Position numbers and translations under genes: made by a program. From Gammaproteobacteria bacterium (GTDB lineage: Bacteria; Pseudomonadota; Gammaproteobacteria; UBA4575), in NCBI GenBank assembly GCA_965221955.1, contig CBDCTA010000002.1, positions 64,001-128,000 on the forward strand: a stretch of 64,000 bases of DNA. Direction: 5' to 3'. Each line of letters starts with the position of its first letter. Within the stretch, counting starts at the first letter, position 1. The notes beneath the pieces are model-generated. The model was not told the origin of the DNA. It searched no databases and saw only the letters and a program-made list of their open reading frames with translations. Shown here piece after piece: positions 28,702-38,498 of this stretch.

Positions 28702-31226
28702 GCACAGTTTATGACATTAATCGAATTTTAATGCCTGAGGTGCCGCCTGATTATGAAGATCACACGGCAGATGTAAATTATGTTCCCGCTCCATGTCAGG
28801 TGGCGTGTCCAATCGGCACCGATGCACCTTCTTATATTGGTTATATTTGGGAAGGGAAGTTTGAAGAAGCATTTGAAGCCATAACGGCAACCAATCCTTT
28901 TAGTTCTATTTGTGGTCGTGTGTGCGATGCGCCTTGTGAACCTGCATGTAGGCGAACCGATAGTGATGGACCGTTGCAAATCCGTAATTTAAAACGCTTT
29001 ATCATGGATGAGCTTGGTGCTACCTATGTGCCCAAACCAGTAGAAGTTAAGCAGTCTAAAACTGTAGCCATAGTGGGTTCTGGTCCTGCTGGTCTGACTG
29101 CAGCGAATGATTTGTGTGCTGCTGGGTTTGAAGTACATGTATATGAAATGACAGATCGTTTGGGTGGGATGATGATTTGGGGTATACCTGCATTTAGATT
29201 ACCACCAGATATCATTGAGGAAGATATCAAACGTTTGCTGAAACGTTTCCCAGGTTTACATATTCATTTAAATACAGGGTTAGGTAAAGAAATTACATTA
29301 AATGAGCTTAAAGAAAAGCATGATGCCGTTTTATTAACCATTGGCTCGTGGTGGGGAAAACCAATGGGGATTCCCGGCGAAGAAGGGAATAAAAATGTTG
29401 TTGATGGAGTAAGTTTTTTACGACATGTAAATGCTGGAGAGCGCCCTTCATTACCAGAAACAGTTGTTGTAGTGGGTGGGGGAGATGTTGCTATGGATGC
29501 TTGTCGAGCAGCATTACGATTACCAGGTTGCAAAAATGTAAAAGTTATTTATCGGCGTGGTCCACATGAAATTCCTGCTAGAAAAATTGAGCTTGAAGGA
29601 GCAATTGAGGAAGGGATTGAGTTTATATATTTTACTCAACAAACTGCTGTTGAAGAACAAAACGGAAAATTAATTCTCAAATGTGTTAAGACAAAATTAG
29701 GCGAAAAAGGTGAAGATGAACGACTTCAGCCTGAAATTGAAGAAGGAAGTGAACACGAAATTGAATGTGGAATGGTGATTGCTGCGGTTGGTCAAAAAGG
29801 TGAGTCTGAAGAATTAGCAAAACATAATCTAATGGATGTCGATCGAGTGCAAACAGATTGGGAAACGATGCGCACAAAAGACGCAAAAGTTTTTGCAGCA
29901 GGAGATGGTGCATTTGGAGGTTCTACAATTGTTATGGCTATGCAACATGGGCAACGTGCTGCGTACTATGTGAAATCATTTTTATATGGCATTGAAAACC
30001 CAATCCCCTATCGGACACCTTATCGAACACGGCGAGTACCTGTTGCACAAGATATAAAATGGGAAAAATTTAATCCACACCATCCTGAATTTTTTGGAGT
30101 AGGTGATGATCCTGTAAGTTTTCCTGAAATTGAAGCAACCTACGATTGGGACACTGCGCGCAATGAAGCATCACGGTGCTATCGTTGTGATGCGGAAACG
30201 GGTTCGCCAGACTATTCCGTCGCACATCGTGAAGATATTTTTTCTATGGCACGTACAAATCCAGCAGATCATATGAAGTTGAAATCTATGTTGCGAAAAC
30301 GATTACGTACTCGCACGAATCCTTTTCCTGAAAATCGTGCACCTAATTTAGATGACATTGTATTTTTACCGGCTAACTTATCACGTCTTGTAATTGATCC
30401 GTATCGAGAAGCGTGTAATGTCACTATGAATCTTGCCAATAAGCTAGATATGCAACATCCATTTCTAGTAACGGGTTTTGACAATGAAGCGCAAGAAATA
30501 TTTAAAGCAATGAGTCAAGGATGTGCTATATCGCATACACCTTATTTAGGTAATAAGAACCCTGGTAATGAAACGAGTTGGTTACAACTCAGTTCTAATT
30601 TGTCGGATCAAAACAAAGATACAGCAGGGTATATCTATTATCTAGACAAAGATGAAGAACCTGTACCATTAACACCAAATACAGATCATCAAATAGTTGG
30701 TTTAGCAATTTCTACGCGCATTAACCTTGAACAAGTCATTGCTAGTTCAATTGATAATAAGCATGATATTTTGGTTTTAGATGGAAGCGGTGATCTTTAT
30801 CGTAATTGGTCTGAATTAGAATCTGCACCAGATTTTAGTATATTGCGAGATACTATCCGTATTTTGCGCAAAATGAAAAAAGAAGAGATGATTGACATTG
30901 TTTATTTTGGGGGCGTGCGTTCTGGCACAGATGCAGCAAAATTAATTGGGTTAGGTGTAAATGCAGTGGTGATGGGAGTTTGTGCTGGACTTGCCATGGG
31001 TGGTGAAGTTATTAATAATAATCTTGTGTTTAGCTCAAATTATTCTGACACTGATCGCATTCAAGGATTAGCTAATATTGTTAAAGCAAATTTAGGCGAA
31101 GCATCCATGATGGCGCGTTGTACTGGAAAAACTAATTTATATAATGTAGAGCCGGAAGATTTGAGTGCTGTTACCAAGGAAACATCTAAGGTCACAGGGA
31201 TTCCGCTTTCTGGAGGATGTGTATAA
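28698..31226 (+). CDS. GltD-like FAD/Fe-S oxidoreductase fused to a degenerate glutamate-synthase barrel
   Basis: PCQVACP, CGRVCDAPCEPAC, GSGPAG, GGGDVAMD, YRRG, RCYRC; C-terminal LDDIVFLPA, GGVRSGTDAAK..LG, MARCTGK..EPEDL. Confidence 0.85.
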   Translation: MSTVYDINRILMPEVPPDYEDHTADVNYVPAPCQVACPIGTDAPSYIGYIWEGKFEEAFEAITATNPFSSICGRVCDAPCEPACRRTDSDGPLQIRNLKRFIMDELGATYVPKPVEVKQSKTVAIVGSGPAGLTAANDLCAAGFEVHVYEMTDRLGGMMIWGIPAFRLPPDIIEEDIKRLLKRFPGLHIHLNTGLGKEITLNELKEKHDAVLLTIGSWWGKPMGIPGEEGNKNVVDGVSFLRHVNAGERPSLPETVVVVGGGDVAMDACRAALRLPGCKNVKVIYRRGPHEIPARKIELEGAIEEGIEFIYFTQQTAVEEQNGKLILKCVKTKLGEKGEDERLQPEIEEGSEHEIECGMVIAAVGQKGESEELAKHNLMDVDRVQTDWETMRTKDAKVFAAGDGAFGGSTIVMAMQHGQRAAYYVKSFLYGIENPIPYRTPYRTRRVPVAQDIKWEKFNPHHPEFFGVGDDPVSFPEIEATYDWDTARNEASRCYRCDAETGSPDYSVAHREDIFSMARTNPADHMKLKSMLRKRLRTRTNPFPENRAPNLDDIVFLPANLSRLVIDPYREACNVTMNLANKLDMQHPFLVTGFDNEAQEIFKAMSQGCAISHTPYLGNKNPGNETSWLQLSSNLSDQNKDTAGYIYYLDKDEEPVPLTPNTDHQIVGLAISTRINLEQVIASSIDNKHDILVLDGSGDLYRNWSELESAPDFSILRDTIRILRKMKKEEMIDIVYFGGVRSGTDAAKLIGLGVNAVVMGVCAGLAMGGEVINNNLVFSSNYSDTDRIQGLANIVKANLGEASMMARCTGKTNLYNVEPEDLSAVTKETSKVTGIPLSGGCV

Positions 31227-31264
31227 AAACTTTATAGATTTAAATATTCTCCTACAGATATACT

Positions 31265-32635
31265 TCACTGAATGGTAGTTAAATTCGGCGACTTAAACGC
31301 ACCATCCATGCTAAATTTTTGCATCGAATCACTATTTTTTAATAAACTATTTATAGGTAAACGACTGATATCATTATCAGCTAGTTTTTTATCTAAACAT
31401 GTTACATTTCCTAAAGCATTTATCTGATGTTGCTTTAAGTCATACACGCCTTCGATAGTTAATAGTGATTGTTTATATTGATTTGATGAAGATCTGCTAA
31501 TGCAATCTAAGTTTTCTTTTTCTAGATAAGCAAACCACCTAGGCAATAATGTTGAAATTGATGTTCCAGAAATTAAAGCATTTATTTTAATATCTAGATT
31601 TTCATTATTATTTAGAAAAAGGGCATTTCCTTCAGCATGCGCTTCTTCTAAGTTTATTATCGCTTTATCTAATTCTATATGTGAAAAATTATTTAATGCA
31701 TTCCCAACTATCTGGAGGGAAAATATTTCTAAATTTTTTCCAAAATAGTCAATTAATTCTAACGAACCTTTTTCGCTAACCAAATCAAATTCTGCTTTAT
31801 TGATGATTAGAAGCTTATCTATCTCAATTTCTACTTTTCCAGTTAATTGTACTTCTAGGGGTGTAAGGTAAGTGAAATGTGGTGCAATTTCTGTTAATAG
31901 GGCAGGCCTTATTTTATCTAAATTAACTATTAAATTGAGTTTTTCATTACGTGTTTTATAGATACATTTCCCAGAAATATGTAAATTTTCATTCCTTGCT
32001 AAAACATTAAAATCATATACACACCCAACACCCTCTTTATTTGGTGTTAATACAATATTAGCATCAGGCACACGTAATAATGAACCTGAAACATCATCAC
32101 TTAGCGTTAAATCAGAATTGTTAATTCTAATTTCAGTGAGTGATTCATGATTTGGAAAATCATTTATTGCGCTTGTAGCAATATACATAAGTATTGTTTC
32201 AAGTATTTTCCCAGATGCCCCGTCATGTGTATTACCTATGTCAAATTTTAATGCGCCACCTGTAGTGCGAATAAAGCTGATTTTTGGGTTTTGAAATTCT
32301 ATACCTTGAATCCATATATGATCATTAAAGAATGAGTTAATTTTTACTTCAGCTAAAATATTCGGAGCTGTAGCAAGAATGTTATCCCCATAATCTAGTG
32401 CATTAATGGAGCTAAAATGAAATTCTAAAACCCCTTTTATTGGACGTAAACGAGATTTAACAGTATCAAAATCTATGTAATAAGTATGAAATCGATTTTC
32501 CAACCCATTTTTCATTAAATGTGATATGAAGGGCAGAGGGACAGGTTTTATAATGCTTACGATTAAGTATGTGATGATTGATAGCATCATCACGGAGAGG
32601 AGTGTGATAACAGTCCTTTTAGCCGTAACTAACAT
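31265..32635 (-). CDS. Membrane-anchored AsmA/YhdP-like beta-rich protein (short)
   Basis: N-terminal TM + PLPF, amphipathic beta-strand pattern; family call is weak. Confidence 0.5.
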   Translation of the reverse strand: MLVTAKRTVITLLSVMMLSIITYLIVSIIKPVPLPFISHLMKNGLENRFHTYYIDFDTVKSRLRPIKGVLEFHFSSINALDYGDNILATAPNILAEVKINSFFNDHIWIQGIEFQNPKISFIRTTGGALKFDIGNTHDGASGKILETILMYIATSAINDFPNHESLTEIRINNSDLTLSDDVSGSLLRVPDANIVLTPNKEGVGCVYDFNVLARNENLHISGKCIYKTRNEKLNLIVNLDKIRPALLTEIAPHFTYLTPLEVQLTGKVEIEIDKLLIINKAEFDLVSEKGSLELIDYFGKNLEIFSLQIVGNALNNFSHIELDKAIINLEEAHAEGNALFLNNNENLDIKINALISGTSISTLLPRWFAYLEKENLDCISRSSSNQYKQSLLTIEGVYDLKQHQINALGNVTCLDKKLADNDISRLPINSLLKNSDSMQKFSMDGAFKSPNLTTIQ

Positions 32636-32724
32636 GTCATGTTATTTGTTATTCTTGATCATCACTCCATAAGGATCAAGGTTATTTAGTTTAATCATAT
32701 TCATAAAATACTGTTTTATTTATT

Positions 32725-33030
32725 TCATGGGCTTGTTCGATCGCTTTTCTTATATAGATAAACACAGTCTGTATCTTCATTTCCATCAAGAATAGCTTTG
32801 CCATCTGTTTTAAGGGTTTCTAAAAAATATGTCTGAACGGTTTTGCAGGCCGCAAACGTTAATGCTTGTTTGTAAAGCCAAATATCATCTTCTTCATCAA
32901 CACTATGTGTTTTAAACATAGTATCTTTAGGGTCCGAGGCTATGCCTACATACCAATCATGAAAGTCACCGCCAAACTCTTTCATATAGGCGAGAATTTC
33001 ATATTTAATTTGTTGTACGCTATAAATCAT
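32725..33030 (-). CDS. Hypothetical protein
   Basis: WYVGIA.DP....F..H pattern; ATG 33030 avoids overlap with the Sel1 gene. Confidence 0.65.
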   Translation of the reverse strand: MIYSVQQIKYEILAYMKEFGGDFHDWYVGIASDPKDTMFKTHSVDEEDDIWLYKQALTFAACKTVQTYFLETLKTDGKAILDGNEDTDCVYLYKKSDRTSP

Positions 33031-33058
33031 AAGTTTAGAAAAAACTATTAGCAATCGC

Positions 33059-33739
33059 TTAAGATGGCGAAGGGTACATAGCGACTTGCATATCGTCTGT
33101 CCCTGTTTTATTACGCCATTGTTCAAATAAAGTTACACCCATTGCTTTTTCTTCTGCTGACATGCTTTTTACAACAGACTCTAATGCATTAAGTGCAGTG
33201 CCAATTCCATGTTGTGAAGCTAATGTCAACCACAAATATGCTTTAACTCGGTCTTTTTCCACGCCATCGCCATGTGCGTACATATACCCAAGTCGTGACT
33301 GTGAAGGGTAATGACCTTGCTTTGCAGCTTTTTCATATAACTCTGCTGCATATTCTGTATTTTCATCTACACCTTCACCTTTTGCATACAATACAGCTAA
33401 ATTAAATAAGCCATTAACGTCATTGTTATCCGCTGCTGCTGTTAACCATTGAATAGCTTTATCAATGTTCTTTTCCGTACCTTGCCCCATAAAGTACATT
33501 GCGCCTACATTTGCTTGTGCCATAGCATGCCCTTGTTCTGCGGCTTTTTTATACCAAGCCAACGCATTTGCATCGTCAACTTCTACACCATCACCATTAG
33601 CATAAAGAGAACCTAACCATGATTGTGCTTCAGGATTTCCTTCATCAGCTTGAATTTTCCAAATTTCTCGTGCTTTTTGATAATCACCTTGGCTATAGGC
33701 TTGGCGTGCCATGTCCATAGTATTCTCCTTATTATTCAT
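33059..33739 (-). CDS. Sel1-like repeat protein
   Basis: Four AQ..LG..Y..G.GV..D...A..W..AA repeats; no signal peptide. Confidence 0.9.
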   Translation of the reverse strand: MNNKENTMDMARQAYSQGDYQKAREIWKIQADEGNPEAQSWLGSLYANGDGVEVDDANALAWYKKAAEQGHAMAQANVGAMYFMGQGTEKNIDKAIQWLTAAADNNDVNGLFNLAVLYAKGEGVDENTEYAAELYEKAAKQGHYPSQSRLGYMYAHGDGVEKDRVKAYLWLTLASQHGIGTALNALESVVKSMSAEEKAMGVTLFEQWRNKTGTDDMQVAMYPSPS

Positions 33740-33752
33740 ACTGATTTAAATG

Positions 33753-34940
33753 CTAACGTCTAATATTGTTACTGTATAAAGGTGCATTCCAATAATATTC
33801 ATATTCAGTTTCTATTTGTTTGAATATGTATTGATGAAATGTATAAGCTGCCATACTAGTTTCAACAGGAACCATATCCTGTGTAAGCTCTGGTGCTCCT
33901 GGTGCCGTTAGTTCATCGGTTTGTTTTTGCATAGAATGCGCGTTATCACAAATCATGCGTATATAGTCTTGCCATTCAGAAGGTAACGGTGAATGTTCAA
34001 GCTCTGAGCTTTGTTTATTTTTTCTAAACATCAAAGTTCGCAAAGTAGATTCACCCATGCTAGTGGGTTGTAGGATCACGCTTACAACAAAAGTGGGGTG
34101 TGTAATTAAGATTAAATTAGGAAACAGCCAACTTAGCTCAATGTTTTCAATATTTTCTTTTGTAATTGCACCAATTTCATGGGTCGATAACTTTGGTGCA
34201 GTATAGCTAGTAACATCAATTACGCTTTCAGTGTTATTAGTACAATGTTTACGAATTCCTTGTGAATCAAAAAATGCACGACCTGCAAATTTCCAATTTG
34301 ATGCACAATCAAACCATTCGCTATTTTCTAATACAAATTCATCCGATAAACATGAGAGTATTGCATTAGGTAATTGCTCTAAATCTTCAGTTAGATCGTT
34401 GCATTGTTGGTCTAAATTTATAAAAACAAATGAACCTAAGGTTTTTACTTTGACAGGTAATAGTCGTTCGGGAATTAACCCTAAATATTGGTGCATGGTT
34501 GGTGTGTTTTCACCAATTTCTTTCACACGTATGACTTGGCGGTCTCGACTGTAACCACAAGATGTGAAGGAACATTTAGTTTTCTTTCCTGTTTGGCATT
34601 GTGCAGGTACTGCACGACACCCTCCATGTTGTGCTTTATTGAAACGCCCAATTAAGTTACCGTCATTTTCTCTTTGTACATGTATACCATGCTGCCCCAC
34701 TGTATAAGGCAGCATGTCTCCAGGGTTTGGTATTTCTTTTGTTGAACCAATTGCAATCCAGTTGCGTGTCCACAGTTTTTCATCTTCTAAATCATTGAAA
34801 ATTTTAGACTGATATGAAAAAAGCGGCAGTACTGTAGCTTGCCCAAAAGGTTGATTTGTAGTTTTATATAAATCTACGTCAGTTAGATCTATATCATTTT
34901 CTACATAGCCCATGTCTGGATGAAATTCCATATGCACCAT
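33753..34940 (-). CDS. Rieske oxygenase alpha-subunit-like protein with non-canonical ligands
   Basis: E..KLW.RNW......IP.PGD, L..V.V....FVFINLD, NWK and LFPNL scaffold; CxH/CxxH motif altered. Confidence 0.75.
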   Translation of the reverse strand: MVHMEFHPDMGYVENDIDLTDVDLYKTTNQPFGQATVLPLFSYQSKIFNDLEDEKLWTRNWIAIGSTKEIPNPGDMLPYTVGQHGIHVQRENDGNLIGRFNKAQHGGCRAVPAQCQTGKKTKCSFTSCGYSRDRQVIRVKEIGENTPTMHQYLGLIPERLLPVKVKTLGSFVFINLDQQCNDLTEDLEQLPNAILSCLSDEFVLENSEWFDCASNWKFAGRAFFDSQGIRKHCTNNTESVIDVTSYTAPKLSTHEIGAITKENIENIELSWLFPNLILITHPTFVVSVILQPTSMGESTLRTLMFRKNKQSSELEHSPLPSEWQDYIRMICDNAHSMQKQTDELTAPGAPELTQDMVPVETSMAAYTFHQYIFKQIETEYEYYWNAPLYSNNIRR

Positions 34941-34968
34941 CCAACTAAATTTGAATTTTAAGATCTGG

Positions 34969-34999
34969 GTATCATTGACACTATATGTGTCAATGATAC
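34969..34999. other. Perfect 13-bp hairpin downstream of the DMFase-like gene
   Basis: GTATCATTGACAC-TATAT-GTGTCAATGATAC, with no clear U-tract. Confidence 0.65.
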
Positions 35000-35069
35000 T
35001 TACAGATTTATACTCTTAATACATTTTGGTATATCAAAAAACTACCAAATGTTGATTTACATTAGATCC

Positions 35070-37469
35070 TTATTTGCTCTTCTTATTCATCGCTGGATCA
35101 TGGTCAGCACGACCACGATGGACAATGGCATCCTTAGGAGGTTCTGGTAATGGACCATCTTTAGAGAATCGGTCAAGAACATTACCTACTAAAGTAGAAA
35201 TGTTATTTTTACCGTTATTCCAAGGTAATGATCCACAGAAAGCGATAGAACTAAATGCAAAACATCCGCCACCATTAGGTGTTTCGTGGAATGCGATATC
35301 AGAACGCACACGTGGATGTTGAGTTCCGTCGATACCTTGTTGGCTGAAGCCGTAGTCTTCCATAACCAGTAGATAGGCTTCGGTATGACGACCGGCTGAG
35401 GTAGCACCCACTAATGTATGAGGTGGAGAACCTAACATGGTGTCTACGATATCCAACTCGGTACCTGCAGCACCGCCGCCCACCAAACCAAAGTTACCAA
35501 TTTTCTCATCGTAATCGATACCTTCAAATGCCCAGGAGATTCGAGGATCGTTACTTTCATAAGTACGAGAGTAGTAAGATGAAATATCAAATCCTTCTGA
35601 AGACATACCTGTTCCCGCAACAGAGTGTAGATATCTACCACGGTAACGCCACATACCACCGAGTTCACCGGTGCCTTGGTGATAGTATTCACCAGGGTCT
35701 GCACGCCAAGTACGAATACCTGACTCACAACGACGCATTTCGGTGATAACCCCTCGGCCTAAATCATCATAGGCTGGATGGAATGAGTGTATCCAATACC
35801 ATGCGTCTGCACCCATATACATGAGACGCCCACCCTGTTGCGTGTAGTTATGTAACGCATCTAATTGTGGACCACTGTTATGCTCAGGGTGAGAGCCAGT
35901 AATGATGACGTTATAGTTTTCAAGTCTTGCGAGACCATCATAGTTAACATCTTCATCAGTAATACAATCATATTCATAGCCCATTTCTTCTAACCAGTAA
36001 ATCAAATGAAGATCTGCTGGATATTGCCATGGGGCTTGCATTAAAAAGTGGTCGTACTTCGGACGAATACTTAAAATGGGCCGTAAGCGTGATGATAAGC
36101 ATAGTCCGCTACCATCAGTATGAGTGTCGTAAATGGAGCCACCATACTCACGATGTTCACTTAAGAACATGTTTTGGTCTTGCATGATGGGTACACGGTA
36201 GACTAATAGCTCAGCTCCGCCTGCATTATTTGCTAAATGCTCATTCGCATAAGCCATGTAACTTATAGTCGGTACCATGAAAGCAATTTTGGACTGCTCT
36301 TTACCAACCTCAGGTACTACCCAAAATGTTACGTACTCTTCATCTCCTTCATCAGTGGTAAGCTTTGCTGCATAAAATTTACTGCTCGTGCCTTCTGGTA
36401 CATTCCATTCGAAATCAACATCCCAACGTGCGTCATCTACATCATCATCATGAAAATGTATTGCTCCATATTCTTTTGGTGCATGTTTCCAATCAAAGTT
36501 GTGTCCAGTGAAATTATGCCCTGTCATAGCGCGAGTAGGGCAGTTAATGATATCTAAGTGATATAGGTAAGGCCCATGATCTGTGCCCTTTCTTGTACTA
36601 ATGCAATCAGAGAAATCCCAAGATCCCACAATGGCTTCAGATAAAGGACCCGTAGGACCACAATGTCGTCGTTCCGTTAAGCCCGGTTGTGCTCCTAACT
36701 TCATGGTCTCAATTTCTTCACGACTTAATGCTCTTCGACATAAGCGTGGGCTATCAATTTTACCGTTGTAATGTCCTGCCATCACCATGCCTGCGGGGCG
36801 TGAAGCTTGAGCTTGAGGATCAGAGTCAGCGCCGCCAGCATAAGCGGCAACTGCAAAAGGAACACCTGAAGTGTGTTCAATTTTTCCACTTACTTTTTGT
36901 GTTACAGGAGGTATTTCTGGATCTAAGGCATAAACAATTTGTGGTTCATGATAAAGAGTTGCTTGACCTGTAGAGGCATCAAATGTAGCCGCAACAAAAT
37001 GCCAAGCATGATCACGAATTGGAGCATCTGTTGTAATACTTGTTCCATTAATTCGTAATTCTAAACATCCGTTTTCATTTATAAAGAGTCCATAGCCTTT
37101 CCCGTTGCACCATTTTGTCATTAAGCCTTGTGCACCATGTCGCCAGTACTTTGGGTGTGTTTTTGGAGTGGTTGGCCAGATCCAACATTGCATGGTAAAT
37201 GATTCAACTTGTAGATGAACATTGTCCTCTACATATCCATATGAACCACTATAAATGGTTTGTGGTCGACCATTATGTTCACCATTACAATTTGCATCTA
37301 CATTTTCTTCAATAAATCCTGGTCCACGTGGGTTAGTATCTCCATGGATCATTTTTACAATTTGACAATTATATTTTTTAGGACCATCGCAATTCACATG
37401 GAATTTGATGGTTTTACCTGGGTTGACACCAAATCGATCAGCGTAACCCGTTAATCTCATTGCACACAT
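35070..37469 (-). CDS. dmfA2: N,N-dimethylformamidase large subunit-like protein
   Basis: GY.DR..V..G..I.F.V, IHGD.NP.GPG, LamG-like insert, PT.SY.AYANE, S.YD.H.DG.G, GSHPE. Confidence 0.88.
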   Translation of the reverse strand: MCAMRLTGYADRFGVNPGKTIKFHVNCDGPKKYNCQIVKMIHGDTNPRGPGFIEENVDANCNGEHNGRPQTIYSGSYGYVEDNVHLQVESFTMQCWIWPTTPKTHPKYWRHGAQGLMTKWCNGKGYGLFINENGCLELRINGTSITTDAPIRDHAWHFVAATFDASTGQATLYHEPQIVYALDPEIPPVTQKVSGKIEHTSGVPFAVAAYAGGADSDPQAQASRPAGMVMAGHYNGKIDSPRLCRRALSREEIETMKLGAQPGLTERRHCGPTGPLSEAIVGSWDFSDCISTRKGTDHGPYLYHLDIINCPTRAMTGHNFTGHNFDWKHAPKEYGAIHFHDDDVDDARWDVDFEWNVPEGTSSKFYAAKLTTDEGDEEYVTFWVVPEVGKEQSKIAFMVPTISYMAYANEHLANNAGGAELLVYRVPIMQDQNMFLSEHREYGGSIYDTHTDGSGLCLSSRLRPILSIRPKYDHFLMQAPWQYPADLHLIYWLEEMGYEYDCITDEDVNYDGLARLENYNVIITGSHPEHNSGPQLDALHNYTQQGGRLMYMGADAWYWIHSFHPAYDDLGRGVITEMRRCESGIRTWRADPGEYYHQGTGELGGMWRYRGRYLHSVAGTGMSSEGFDISSYYSRTYESNDPRISWAFEGIDYDEKIGNFGLVGGGAAGTELDIVDTMLGSPPHTLVGATSAGRHTEAYLLVMEDYGFSQQGIDGTQHPRVRSDIAFHETPNGGGCFAFSSIAFCGSLPWNNGKNNISTLVGNVLDRFSKDGPLPEPPKDAIVHRGRADHDPAMNKKSK

Positions 37470-37535
37470 ATCTTTTCTCCTCTCTTATTCTTATCGTATA
37501 GAATTATTTTTTAATTAATAATGTGTAAGCCTTAA

Positions 37536-37985
37536 TTAGGTTACGGTCCAATTATCATTGCGTCGTTTCCAACCTTCATTGAAGTGCTCGGGATATCCAT
37601 CTTCTTCATCCAATTCATCCAAGCGCATTAGGAAAATATCGTGTTGTGGATCTTGTTCATTGTCATATACTTTATCGTTGACAAATTCTGGAGGCACACC
37701 TCGAATTCCTGAAAGTCGTCCGATACGCCATTCTTTTTCAACCTTTGTGCAAATCACTACTAATTTTCCACCAAAATTACCTGGCATAGCTGCGCGCATG
37801 CGTATTAGCACTTTATTTAGCAAAGGATCATCTGTGAATCCGTCAGTAACAACAGTAGTATCTCCTGGAGTCTCGCATTTCATGATGGTGCAACCAGCCA
37901 CACCTTTCATAGATTCGATACACTCCTTGTGGGTTTTGATGAGTCTTTCGCGTTCAGGCGTCCCTTTTTTTGGTATTGATATCAT
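37536..37985 (-). CDS. dmfA1: N,N-dimethylformamidase small subunit-like protein
   Basis: Directly upstream of the large subunit; L..VL..MR, WRIG.L...RG.PP and H.IFL.R pattern. Confidence 0.7.
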   Translation of the reverse strand: MISIPKKGTPERERLIKTHKECIESMKGVAGCTIMKCETPGDTTVVTDGFTDDPLLNKVLIRMRAAMPGNFGGKLVVICTKVEKEWRIGRLSGIRGVPPEFVNDKVYDNEQDPQHDIFLMRLDELDEEDGYPEHFNEGWKRRNDNWTVT

Positions 37986-38112
37986 GGTTTATCCTCCGCA
38001 ATTGTTAGAAAAAACAGTAGTAGTAGACAATCACAACCGAACAAAATGGATTTTGATGGTGTGGATAAATTTCTGATCTAGACGATCTTTATATTATTTT
38101 ATTAGGCAGTAC

Positions 38113-38215
38113 TAGCCAAAAGTCTACTGTCTTATGGCCATAAGTGAATCATATATACACATTTTGGTCAATACATTGAGCTTAATTTATCGACTGAAAT
38201 GAATAGAGCTCTAGT
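38113..38215 (-). promoter_or_regulatory. dmf promoter block with palindrome CTTATGGCCATAAG
   Basis: Perfect palindrome at 38131-38144; flanking sequence homologous to 43700-43784. Confidence 0.7.
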
Positions 38216-38498
38216 CAATCAAAGAGACAAATATCAATTTTAATATTTTCAGCAAGCATGAAATATGAGGATAATTAATTTAGATTAATCAAAAGGATAA
38301 GTGATTAATATAGAATAAAAATGAAATAAATATGCAATAAATTTATTTAGTTCAGGCGCAAAGAAGGCGCATGTACAATAATTGTAGAGAGAGTGATCAC
38401 GTAAGGTTACAAAAGTAGAATTTCTTATGAAAAAATTCTTATATAAAGGCTTATGTATTAGAAACGATTAATATAATCACAAATACCAATTTAGCCAG

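Noticed and set aside
37558-38076. 172-aa plus-strand ORF
   Set aside because: Antisense shadow of the DMFase small subunit, with no motif or RBS. The same applies to the many short ORFs nested in or antisense to clear genes.
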